Below are positions 14,081 to 26,999 of a stretch of 64,000 nucleotides of DNA, piece after piece. Every line of letters starts with the position of its first letter. The first letter of the stretch is position 1. The stretch is taken from the NCBI RefSeq assembly GCF_006345805.1, contig NC_043012.1:52142001-52206000 (forward strand), given 5' to 3'. The notes under the pieces were generated by a model. The model was not told where the DNA came from and made no database searches. It worked only from the letters and a program-made list of their open reading frames with translations. The translations under genes and the position numbers were made by a program. Source of the stretch: Octopus sinensis (lineage: Eukaryota).

Positions 14081-17000
14081 TATATATATATATATATATA
14101 TACATATATATAGATTACATTATATTATATTATATTATGGTACAGATATCGAAAGCAGCAAAAGTGCTTCTGACGAGAATGCTATCAACATACATTGGCG
14201 TGCAAAAATTTGCCTTTTAGACAACACAAAATGTCAATTCTCTGGTATGTGTACTGCTTAATATTCAAATGCATAATTAGATTGCATTATAATTTTAATG
14301 TTTCCGGATTAAGCTTTTGTGACTGATTGTAATGGTGTCGAGTATCAGATATTTTAGAAAATAAAGCTCAACTTTAATCTAGTCATATATTCCTTTTCTG
14401 TTTTTTTTTTAATTTCCATATAGTTTCTCAAAGCAGCATTCATACAAAAGTACGTTTTTATACCAACAAATACCTTCACAATCTTGTTTTCCAATGTAAA
14501 TATCTGCGTCCCTGCTTACATGTGTGTGCTTGTGTGTGTGTATGTGTTTCTTTAAGAATATATGCTTCTGTATGCACTGAGTGAAATTATATTATTGTAC
14601 GCTACGTATGTCTAACAGTAGACAAATTTAGCAAGATGTATATTATCAACACCACTTATGAAAGAATACAACACTAATTAGCAGAAGAATATATTCTTAA
14701 ATACATCATATCAAATAATTGAACGCTAGCCGTGCCCAGTATGGCTACATCAAATAATAGAAAATATTCATCAGCTCACTACTTATTATGAAGTAGCACA
14801 CGATATGACAGCCAGTCTTTAAAATGAAACAGTATACTCCCAGAAAAATGAGGGAGCGATGTGTTTTTAGGCAAGAATAGAAGCTTTGGCGTTTCTCTTT
14901 GGAATGGGCATTAGACCTTGTGAGCTATCGAGAGAATGCAATTATAACTTATACTGTATTACATATAAAACTGTATTCCATATGCTCAAACAAATTTCAT
15001 ATTCAAATCCTGTTGTTTTACTATATCAATTTCCAATGATAAAGCATGCTAATACCTGAGTATTATTGTTTAGTTAAATGGTTTGTAATCATGTTCCTTG
15101 TAATTTATCGTATTCTAATGACGTAGTACGATTTCTGAAAAACTGAAAACGGCAAACAATTAAGCTACAAGAATAATATAATGTAGACCATTCAACAGGC
15201 GATTCATAGCAAGGAAGAAATCTCGATGATGAACAAGTCAATAAAGTGGAAAAAGCACAACATATTCGTATTCAATATTTGTGTTTCATGATATTCTAAA
15301 TTTTACTAACTAGTAATTATTTAGAAACCCCACTGACTTACAATATATAGTTCATTGTTTGCTAAGTATACTTGTTATAATAATATATATTTGCTGAATG
15401 CAGTAATAATGAAATAAACATTGTGGAGTACTTTAGATATTTTTCCTTACTCCATGGATTATTCCATATTTATTATGCACCTTTTAACTTCTTTCATCCT
15501 CTGAATAATGGTCATAAAAAATATATAATACAGACCACCCATCGGAACAGTGGTTCTGAACTATTTTTTGTCCATAGATACCATGTTATTACTATTTTTT
15601 TCTGCTAAACCCCCGTAGCCATTCGGTGTTTAAAAAATAGTTTTATAGATACATCTTTCAAATTTCCTATTTTGTTCATCATACATTCAATTGTTTAGGA
15701 TGAAATATGTAAAACGTCAGAGAAAGAAACTTAATTGTTTTTGCAATAAACAGATCTAAAGCATTTTTTTTAATGGACTCTTCACATACTACTGCGTATT
15801 CCGACTTAATATTTCGACTGAGTGGACCCTCAAAAATCTTATATGTATCACAAGGGGACAAAGGAAGAACCACTGCATTAGATACACTCTATAATGTTCA
15901 CAGACGGACTAGATTTAAAATATACCCGAATATTTTGTAGAGACTACAATGAAGCAAAGCAAATAAAATTCAGTGATACTGAAAACGTTAGATACAAAAT
16001 ACTGGTAAGTTATTTGAAACTACGAACGCATAATACGCATCTGAGTCATTCCTAGTCTACTGTGATACCGCGTAACCAAGAGATTGTGATTTGTGTCCAA
16101 TTTTTTTATGCCCGTGAATTCGATGTGTGAAATAGACAGCGCATTGAATCCTTCAACAACGACTTTCTTTCCTGATCCGCCAGGCTACTCAGCTAAAACT
16201 TATAACCAACAGATTGTTAATCTGCCTTTCTCTACCTATATTACACACGCTCTCCATGTCCCTCTGGTCAATTTCGGGTTGAAGATGTTCATATTTGCTC
16301 GCAAATACATAGCTACCTATACTAATTAACGAAAGCTAATCACAAACTTACCAGGTGAAAATTCGCTATTCCCCAGCTAGAGAGCAATCTTAAATCTACC
16401 AGTTACTTCTGTCTCTTATGAAATATGATATATATGAAGATTCTAAACTACATTTAAAATTTTAAAACCGCCAACTATTTGATTTATATCAAATCTCTCC
16501 AATTTTTTCTTTGCTAGACCACTTCCCAATTTTAGGATTACCGTGCCAGAAATGATTCTTATAACTTCGATTTGCGAAGTTAAACATAAGATATCCAATG
16601 AGTAAACACGACATCTGCGTACCAAACAATCAGAACATTTTGAAAACATATTGTATTCCTAGACAATAGACACTATATGCAAAATCCACATAGAGGACCG
16701 ACTATTTGCAGATTAGAAGTTGATATTTGAAACTTCTGTTTTCTATAAGCTATCACATACAGTTTCATTATGTACCCAAAATGCTATTCTAGATGTACAA
16801 TAACATGACTGGATGGTATCTTTTCGAGAATGGGCGTTCGGATATGTGGAGCTATATAGCAGAATTACCAACTGAACTCTTGGCGACATCATTTAGCACA
16901 TAGGCTTTCCCCATGCAACACCAAGTAGTAAATATACAATTAGGTATTTAATTTTAGCTTGCATAGGTATCTTCACTTGTTGTCCAATATAACTCTGCCA

Positions 17001-20000
17001 TTTAGATTTTTTGTGTCACCTTCAGAGCCTAGTCAGTTTTAAACAATCGCACCAGACTTCCAGTCTGAAATATATTCGTTCCTTAATCCCATTGTTTCGG
17101 AATCATTAAACAATCCACTCTTTACAGTGCTAACTTCACGAAGAGCCTTGGGCATGTGCGTATAACTAGTATATAACATGAGATAACATGGATTTGCGAA
17201 AGAGGAATGTTGATTAATAGAGATCAATCATAAATTTTTTTGTTAGAAGACGTTATCAAATCATGCAAAAGAAATATAAATATTGTAATTTAACACCTGC
17301 TTTACACTTATTTAGCCGTACTATACCACTACACTGTCAAATATATCTTTTATATTTTATCCGAAATATGATTTGAAAGTAATTTTACTTCCGAACTAAC
17401 ACATAAATGAACATTCGCTTGCTCGTCAACCAAGAAATAAACGAAACTAACACGAGCATCATTTGGCTTTAGAACAATTAAAAGATTGAGAAAGAAGATT
17501 GTTTACGGCGTTCAACCAGTTTTTAGTTTTGTAACATTTTCACAATGTCACTGTTGACAGCGGATGTGAAGAGACAACTATATAACATTCCCAGATACGG
17601 ATTGTTATTTATGTTTAAAATCCAGAAATTAAGAAAGTGCGTTAACTCTGGTGAGATTTGAACTGTGAGTTCAAAAAGATAATAACTATATACCATAGGG
17701 CAATAGGCATCGGATTCTTTTGATTATGATACTTATTGAGTTTATACTACTACTTCTACTAATTAAGTACCTAAGAACATCTAATTCCGTTGGTGATAAT
17801 AACAAGTTGAAAATAAAAATGACGATGACAAATAATAATATAAGAATGTACAAGATTTTAAAGTGTACTACGATAACAAATACCTTACTTTAAGACATAT
17901 CAACTCATCAAATATATATTTTTTTCCAATTTTCATAAACTTAATGACCTAAGTTGATAACTCAAGTGATGTTCCTAAATAGTTGCTATGCTTTTCAAGG
18001 TATAAAAACCATCCTGGTATTGAAACAGTTCTATGGAAATAAAGAAAGTAAAACAATACCTCCTCCGGCAATGTTTGTTTCTCATTAAAAGAAAAATAAT
18101 TTTATGAATAGAAATTGAAGTAAATAATTTCACATAATTAATGGACTTTTTTCCTTTTTCTCAAGAAAAGTAAACACAGCTTTTATTGTTCAATTTACAA
18201 TTTTAAAAGAAAGTACATTATTTATTTTAAGTTTGACAGCAAATAAAAATCGTTAAGTATAATAAAATATTAAAAAAGAAACAGAATAATTATTTAAATA
18301 CTTGTTTTTGTTAACTTTGGTCACATTAATGCGTTATCTTTGAAAAACTTTCATTGCTCTACATTAAAAGAGGTTATTTTTTTCTTCTTCATCTTCTTAA
18401 TACAGAAGCTACTCAAGAGGAATCACTTGTTAGAAAATGGATTCATTTCGCCAATGCTTTGTTTGCCACATGCATAAATTAATTACTTCCAGCATGCGCA
18501 TAATCGCAGACAATTGAATGAAAAGGAAGAAAAAGAACAAAGAAAACAATTATTTACAGAAACTACGTATCCACACAGCACATATGCACACAGAATTAGA
18601 AAATTTTAAAGAAATATTAAAAATATGAAAATAAAAGTTAAAATCACAAGAAAGGCACTTTCAAAATCCGACGTTATTCATCTATTTTTACCTTCATAAA
18701 AATTGAATGTTAATATAATTTCTTCAACTAATATTTAAATACTTTAAACGTTATGACTAATAAATTTTGTGAAGACAGATGTATGTTATTTGGAGAGAAA
18801 ATACGAAAAGAAAAAAATTTAAATAACCACAAGCCTATCCTTCTTTCGATTACTTTACAAAGAAATTCCTTTCAAAGTGTGCGTATGTCCACTGTGAAAA
18901 AAGGATCGCTCAACGTTGGATATATACAATCATACATTACATCATGATTGGCATAATGTGAAATGTTTTATCGGTGTCAATTATATCGAACATATTAGTA
19001 ACAGGCAGTTGAAGTACTTTTACTTCAAACAAACATACCATAGAGACACAGAGATTCCTCTATCATAAACCTGTTGAATAAATAGAAAACGATATCGTTG
19101 ATCCAGCTTTGTTAGTAAGCAGACCGATGAGAAAAAAAAATCAACATTTTATTCAGTCGCATTGTACATAGACCTGCTTTGTCCATTCAATACTTCTTTA
19201 TGAACCACGAAGACCTCAATTTAAGGTGAGATTTTGTTGCTTTTCTAAGTGACATAAGAGATACAGTAATCCCCTTCGTTAAGGCGATTACCGCTACCAT
19301 GAAGTGAATCTAGTGTCATCAGAAGTGCTTGTTAACCTATAAATGCAGCATATATTTCTGTTTAACAAATGCTTTACGCATTTGTGTTATATATAAATTC
19401 GTAATAAAATGTATTCAACAATAAACACTCTATAATCGTTTAATGTAATCTAAGATAACAAAAGGATTATAGCAGCAAAATCAGTTTTGCAAAGAAACGT
19501 CATATATGGAATACATCAATTTTCAGAGGTAGAAAAAAAATGAAAAACGATATTGATGCGTGAAACAAATTTTCAAAGGCTAAACATATCGAGGCCTTAC
19601 TTGTAAGCAAACATTGTTCGTATGTTTTTATTCAAGGTCGAAATTTTGTAGGAATTTACATTTTCAACTATAATGTCGGAGCATAGGATTTAACTTACAC
19701 AATAAATACCCTTCCACAAATTGTGTGATACTCAGCCATTGCTGTTCAAACAATCAAACATGGCGGAAGAATAAAAGGTAAATTTTTAAAACTACAATCT
19801 TACATAGATATTTTCAGTTGCTGAGATCTACGTATTTCCAAGCCGCTTAAGATTGAAAGGCGGAGATGCCGAGTTGTTTGGAAAGTGCTTGAACTTCAGT
19901 ACACTGGTAACATTATTTGACTCATAAATTGAATTAATGAATGTGAAATGTAGTGAAGTGGGTTTCACGCTTTTATTTGAGTATATTTTGCTTTTATTTG

Positions 20001-20679
20001 CATTTTAATCTGTTGGCTACACAGATCCCATATCTGTAATTTATACCGTCGACTAGACGGTATGGATCAGGTTAGTGGAAACTGTACTCGTCACCTCTGG
20101 ACTACTAAGCATACAGAGATCAGATTAGCAAATTAATTAAGAGGGCATTGGCGGGAACAATCCTCAGCAACAAGTGATGTTATGCCATGAAGAAAAGATA
20201 ATTTGAGTAAACTTGATACCGTTTATGACATTTGCTGTGATAGATAATTGAATAGCTGCAGACTTAGAAACTAAGATAGTTATTGTGGCAGCGAGATTGG
20301 TATGTGACAAATTCTTCACCACGAAGTACAAAGGGGCATTACCTTTGATCCCCAAGTAGATGTAGATAACTTTCCAACACATGTTCACTTCCAGCATCTA
20401 AACTGACGGCATGGAATGGAAACGGGGAGTTACGAAAAGTTCATGACAACTGCTGAGAGGGGTTCAGTCCATTCCAAAACCCGAGTACCATATTTTACTG
20501 CTATCGGACGGATGACATGCAATGTTGAACTCAGCAGCTTTTAAACTCAGAACATATAAAGTTTGAAACGAAACCACAAGACCTTGTGTCAGGATCAAAT
20601 CCAACGCTCATGTTATATAAAGTAACCGAACATTAAAGACAAGATTTATTTGTAAAATCACCAAATTACCATGAAAAAA

Positions 20680-21150
20680 TCCACCGTTGTACACCAAGCT
20701 GTTTTACTGCTATTTTATTTCTTCACTGCCTGCATTAACCTCAGGTTTCATTAGTTCATCACAATTACTTATTGCCCTTCGTAAATTTTACCCTTCACTT
20801 TATCGTAGTTATTTCTCCTACATTATAGATTTTAGCAGTATATTTTTATCTGGATATTCAACGAAACTCTGCCAATCATTTCTGATTGTTGTGTAAGCTT
20901 TACCAAAGTCTTTGAGATTTTTTACTCACACATCACTCATAGAATTTCTACAATTCTCAAATTTTACTTTAAACCATCTCTGCCTAAGAATACATTTTCA
21001 CACCCGTACGTATTATGTTTTTACACTTGCATATACTAACAACAACTTCCACTTTGCTCTTGCTATCTCATGTGCTTCGTCAGTATCATATTTATTCACA
21101 CTTGCACATGCTATCAAGTCCACACATACATGCTTTCACGTAATGACATA
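20680..21150 (+). mobile_element. Very old CR1/L2-like reverse transcriptase fragment
   Basis: C/T-rich strand; 'SFTKVFE' at ~20895-20917 resembles the DFxKAFD RT motif. No intact frame. Confidence 0.3.
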
Positions 21151-21708
21151 ACGATTATACGAACCTACAACAGCAACCTATGAACGGAAAGATTCATTGT
21201 AGTGAGATGTGAACCGACAAATAGGAATGTTTACTAAAAGCGACAGAAGGCAAGTAACTTAGAAAATTGTATGTCACCTAAAAATGACGGAAAGCAAATT
21301 TATCTAAATTGTGTATACACATCACTTGAAATGGCCATTGAAGCCATGAGAAATTCCCGCCCTTGAGATCAAGGAAGATGACGGGCAACCACCATTATAT
21401 GATCGACTGTGAGCGGTATCCCGTACTTGCACACAGTTGTATAATATAGAATGGAGAACATTTGTTCGATAAAAGTCCTATATTCAGGAAAGTGGAAATT
21501 GAACGAGAACGTGCTGAATAATTTCGTTGTTTTAAGCCTATCTTCAAATACATTGTGCATATATATATATATAAGTATGAATGCATGTATGTATATACGT
21601 ACTTACAAATGTATGCATTTTATTTATGAATATATATGTATATAGGTGTGTATGTTTGAAGGTAATTGCATATGCATACAAGTATGTACATGTAATGTAC
21701 TAATGTAC

Positions 21709-21751
<43 letters not shown>

Positions 21752-21879
21752 ATATATTCCACCTTTTTAGTGGGTTCATTCAGTGTTTGAGTATATTCTG
21801 TAAAACTGAAGATCATATATATATATATATATAGTAAAACAGACGGATTCAGACGGGAAGTCTGACAGAATGACAGACT

Positions 21880-24620
21880 GAAGGTATCAAATGTTGTATA
21901 AAAATAATAATAAAGAATACCGTCGTTTTCATGCTTGTAATTTGTTACTGAAGTTTGGTTTCTTGAAGCGATAAACAAACAGCTCGATACAGAGACACGT
22001 GTGAGTATATGGAAAGACAGCTGTGAGTCGGAAGAAATAAATTCCCTGCAACGATGGGAAAATTGTTAATTTCTTCCTTAGTTACGAAGGTCAGTTTAAA
22101 AGAGACTACACTTCAGATAACGCCTTCCTGAAAAAATTTAGAAGTACATCTACAGATATAAATACACGTCCACCTAGACCAAACTATAAAGATCTAAAAG
22201 AACACAAACAAACAAAACTGACTTCTCACCAGGAAGTAAACCATTCTCAATCTAGTAAGAGGGACAACCCACTAATAAAAAATACTAGAAGAAACGAACC
22301 TAGGGTTAGGAGTAATATTTTCTCCCCAACAACTAGAAACGTTCAAGAGACTTCCTTTACTCCTCAACGAAGAAGCCCGAACCACGTAGTTCCAACTAGT
22401 TTATCTAGACAGCAACACCAATCTCCAAGCAATTCCAATATAATAAATAATAACAATAATACTGATAACTTCTAGCAACCAAATTACACTAAATATATTT
22501 TAGACCGAATGGGAAGAAACAGAGACATGTTGGAACAAAACTTACAGGGGAAGCCCAAAGAAATAAATGTATGAATGAAAACTCTGCAACAAAATCAGTA
22601 TACTAGCTAAAAGATTAAAGTTTACACCAACCCCACGAAACTCTAACCACAATGAAATTAAAGACAATATTTCGGAATTCTGTAGAAAACTACGACTCAA
22701 TGAAGTACTAAACGACCACAACGGAGATGAGTCACTAGTTAAAAACAGAAGTAATTACACGATGATTTCTGCGACCATATCCAAATTTGCCAATATTCTT
22801 TTCATAAACGAAAAATTAATTCAAACCTCAACAATCGAAAATGGAAACATCTAATTGAACTACAAAACGACAAAGACCTGACAAATAAAGAAGCAGACAA
22901 AGGATGTGCTGTAGTTCTGATGGACACAGAGTACTACAAAAACCTAATATTATCCATGCTAGAAAATGATGCCTTCTACGAAAAAGTTGTAAACTATAAA
23001 TAACAGAAAACAATAAAATATTTTGCATTCTTAATACTTCAACATAGAAAAGACCTGACAAAAAAAAAAACAGAATACATCACGAACTTCAAATGTAAGA
23101 ATAGTCTTTTTTATGACCTACCTAAAATACAAATGAGAAAGATAATTAATGAAGCCCGCAAACAATCGCCAGGCAAATATATAAATATCCAAACGCCAGA
23201 AGTTAAGGCCCTATATAACTGGCCCAGCCTGTGAAACCCACCGGCTTAGCAATTTTCTAGACATCCTTCTGAAACCCTTGCTGAAATGCATCACATTTCC
23301 ATTAGAGACGTTTTAGACATGCTAGAGCACCTACCAAAATCAATTAATGAATAGACATTATTGGTTTATAAGTTACCTATCTATACACCAACATCATCCC
23401 ACATGAGTATAGAATAAAAGCAATCAATTTCTGGTCAGAAAAGTATCCCGAAGTACTTCCGGAACACATATATCACGTCTTTATTATTGAATCTTTAAAA
23501 TTTATGCTTCAGAACAATTATTTCCTATTTGATAACACTTACAATCGTCAAAAATGCGGAATTGCAATGGGAAAGAAAGTAGCCCTGTTCTTGGGAACCT
23601 GATATTGGGTTATTTTGAATTCACCATATGTGAAGTGTCACTGCAAAAATATGGTATCCATTTCACCATTGCATAAGAGAAAACGGGAAAAGATACCTGG
23701 ATGACTTTTTTATCATTTGGAAGGAGACCTTTGACAAACATTTGGAATTCAAATCAACACTAATTGATATTTAAAAAGTAACATTCAATTCACAATGGAA
23801 TATAGCAGAGAACAGCTCCCATTTTTGGATATTATGATAAAAAAAATTAACAACCAAATTATAACTGACACCTATCATAAACCAACAGACTCGAAGTAAT
23901 ATCTCCTTTTAATAATACCTCATCTCAAAATACTACTGTATATATCAATTCACAGCCCTGCAAACAGTGAGGCATACAACACTATTGTGAAAAATCTTCC
24001 TGTATTAACTAGATACCCAAAAATGAACAACATCCTGAAATCACATAAATTTATCAAATGCAAAAGGCAAGACATGTCGTTAGAGAGACTTTTAACAAAT
24101 ACAAAGCTTTATACAACGACCACGAAATCAACGGTTAAAACATGTGTAAGCCCAAACTGTGGAAAATGCCGCAACATACTGGAGGCTCAGATTTCCTTTT
24201 CAAACAAGGAGAGGGATTCACAATTAAAACGAAATTCACTTGTGCCTCTCAGAATCTAATTTATGTAATAACCTGCTCGTGTCATGGAAATCACTATATA
24301 GGACAGAGGAGTAAGACATTGAGACAGAGAACCGCTCAACATAATGGGCTGATCCGGTTCCTGCAATACAGAGAGCTTCCTTTAAGTGAACACATAGAGA
24401 GATGTGCCGCTAACATCAAACCAAACTTCACAGTTTTCCCTTTCTATCAGTGCAAAGATACAATTTATTTCCATGAACGTTTACGTAAAGAAATTTAATC
24501 ATAGAAAACTACAGAGCACGTCTAAATATGCACGCACAACCAACTTTGAGCGCTATACATATTTTAATTCACCTATTGCTGCAAATATTTCTCCTAACTA
24601 CTCTAGTTTTTGAATTTATG
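21880..24620 (+). mobile_element. Penelope-like retroelement (RT + GIY-YIG endonuclease), pseudogenised
   Basis: Motifs in order across frameshifts: CRKLRLNE; EADKGCAVVLMD (22890); FYDLPKI; GPACETHRLSNFLDILLKP; LQNNYFLFD..GIAMG; RYLDDF (23691); LPFLDI; YHKPTDS; C-x2-PNCGKC; FTCASQNLIYVITC..HYIGQ...LRQR..QH (ORF 24142-24498). Confidence 0.93.
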
Positions 24621-24635
24621 TGTATCTATATATAT

Positions 24636-24679
<44 letters not shown>

Positions 24680-26411
24680 CTTCCCACCGAAAGATGAACA
24701 ATTCTTTCCCCTGTCGGCAATAATAACGATACCCAGTTACCTCCCCATAGATTTTTCTACTTGTTAAATCATTCATTCATAAACTCCACTCACAAAATAG
24801 ACAAAACATTTTTCTTTAGAAAATCCGTATTAAAATAAATTCTAATGGTCATGATTAGCGAAAGCGAAACTGGTAGACAAACACAATATGAGACATATTA
24901 AAAATTATATTAAAACTATGTAAAGTGTGTGCATTTTCATTCTTTACTTTACATGCATACATAGATGTACATATTGTAAACACACAAGCATACACACAGA
25001 CACAAACACACATACACACACACACATATAGTTAGAGAGAGACATACATGTATACATGCACACTTATCTTACATACATATATATATATGTATGTATGTAT
25101 ATATGTATGCATGTATGTATGTATTTATGTATGAATGTATGTATGTATATATATTTATAGAAAGACAAACAGACAGATACAGAGTGAGTGAAAAAAAGAG
25201 GAAAGAGAAAAAGAAAGAAAGATATAGATAGATAGGTAGGTAGATAGATAGTCGGATCAGCGAATGCATATCTTCCACAATTTATTAAGCGCATATATAT
25301 ACCTAGCAACAAGCACACACATATTCATATAATTATACATACATACACGCACGCACACGCAAACACAAATATATATATATATATATATATATACGTATAT
25401 ATATGTATATATATGTATATATATACATATATATATATGCATATACGTATATGTATATATATATATCTATCTATATATATACATACATATGTATGTATTG
25501 TATGTATATATATAACAGTTTTTGTGATGTCTTTGCAGCTTGATTAATGAAGTATATATATATATATACATATATATATGAATATTATACTTATACATAT
25601 AAGTACGTAAGCATGTACATATGTTGTAATAAATATTCAAACAGACAGTGAACAAATATACATATAGTTACGACTGTGTGCATATCTGTGTATTTGTGTG
25701 GGTGAAAGTAATATCCGTATATGTACATACACATGTTCGGAAAACCTATACATAAAGCAAACCGCACATAAGCACGCATATCACACGGCTCGTCTCCATT
25801 CTTCTCCACATTCCCACTACACTGCTTGAGTAAATCAATATTTATGTGTTTACCCAACTTTATTATGCATAATGTTGTTTTCTCTGTTTGCATTATTTCT
25901 TCTGTATTTCCTTGGTCACATTGTTGGCCAAGGAAGTCTTTATTAAAAGTTGTGGCTGACACTCAAGTGCCTCATTACGGTAATATAAACCAGCTTTTCA
26001 CTGGATGCTCACGTGACTAACAGAAGAAATCCGACGACGAGGCCATGACACACTCCACCGCATTGTTTCTCAGAATATTGCTGTAGTTACCGTATTTTCT
26101 CATTTCTTCCTGTATTCTTTGTATTTCTTCATCTTTGTATTTCTTGCACTTCTTGTTTGTACTGCCTTCTCTACCATCAACGTCTTCTCATAATTATGTT
26201 AATGATATTAATAGTATTAATATTGTTTATTCATTCATTTATTTATTTATTTTGTTTCCACTGTTGTTGTTAAAACTTGCTTTTAAATTACGCAGTTTAA
26301 GCTTTTGGTGCACTGACTCTGTGATTCGGTTTCGATTCTCAGTCAAGCATTTGTCTCTTTTGATATTTCATTTCTATTGTTGTTGACCGTGGCAAATGAT
26401 GCTCTTCTGAG

Positions 26412-26581
26412 ATGGACAATGGAAACACATGCGCTTCTTGTAATAGTAAGTTCACTCAACGTGAGCGTACAATTATAGGTGAAAAAATCGCTTTAATCAC
26501 AGGTAAAATTGCTTTAACCACACGTAAAACAGCCATAAATACCTTCTTGACACAGAGGACAATTGGTTTTGTGGCAAATGA
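26412..26581 (+). pseudogene. Degenerate PHD-finger-like coding relic
   Basis: MDNGNTCASC...(frameshift)...DTEDNWFCGK* gives a leading CxxC and a terminal W-x-C-x-x-(C lost to TGA). The middle ligands are degenerate and disrupted by a 21-bp tandem duplication (26484-26525). Confidence 0.38.
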
Positions 26582-26999
26582 TCGAAAGGCAAGAGGACAG
26601 TCTATTCCTCATTCATAATTACTGCATTTGGGCCACTCTAAAATTTGGTCTCATCGGAAACACGAGTGCATCGTGTTTACGGTAAAGTTATAATGCTTTA
26701 GATTATAGTGATTTTCAGGATTACTTAAACTTTCCTCTGTTGCATGTGCTTACATCCATTTTGATGCTTTGATCCTCATCATGAAAGGAAATTTCAACAA
26801 CAAAACTAGCATTTCTATTGTAAAATACTGGTTGTATACTTGTGGAAATCTTCACTATAATCTATTACTATGTAACAAACGACTAATCTGTAGCTAGACC
26901 TTCCTCAATTCTCTACTGCTGCCTTTTTCTTCTTGTTTTTTTTTCTAATTCGTTACATAATTATATTTCTTTTTCTTATCCTCCGATTTTAGGGACTAA

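Noticed and set aside
19757-19817. AACATGGCG first exon plus a 40-nt intron
   Set aside because: The frame reads MAEE* before the donor, and the phase does not match the next candidate exon.
26800-26900. Helitron 3' terminus (CTAG at 26806 or ~26895)
   Set aside because: No GC-rich subterminal hairpin sits next to either CTAG.
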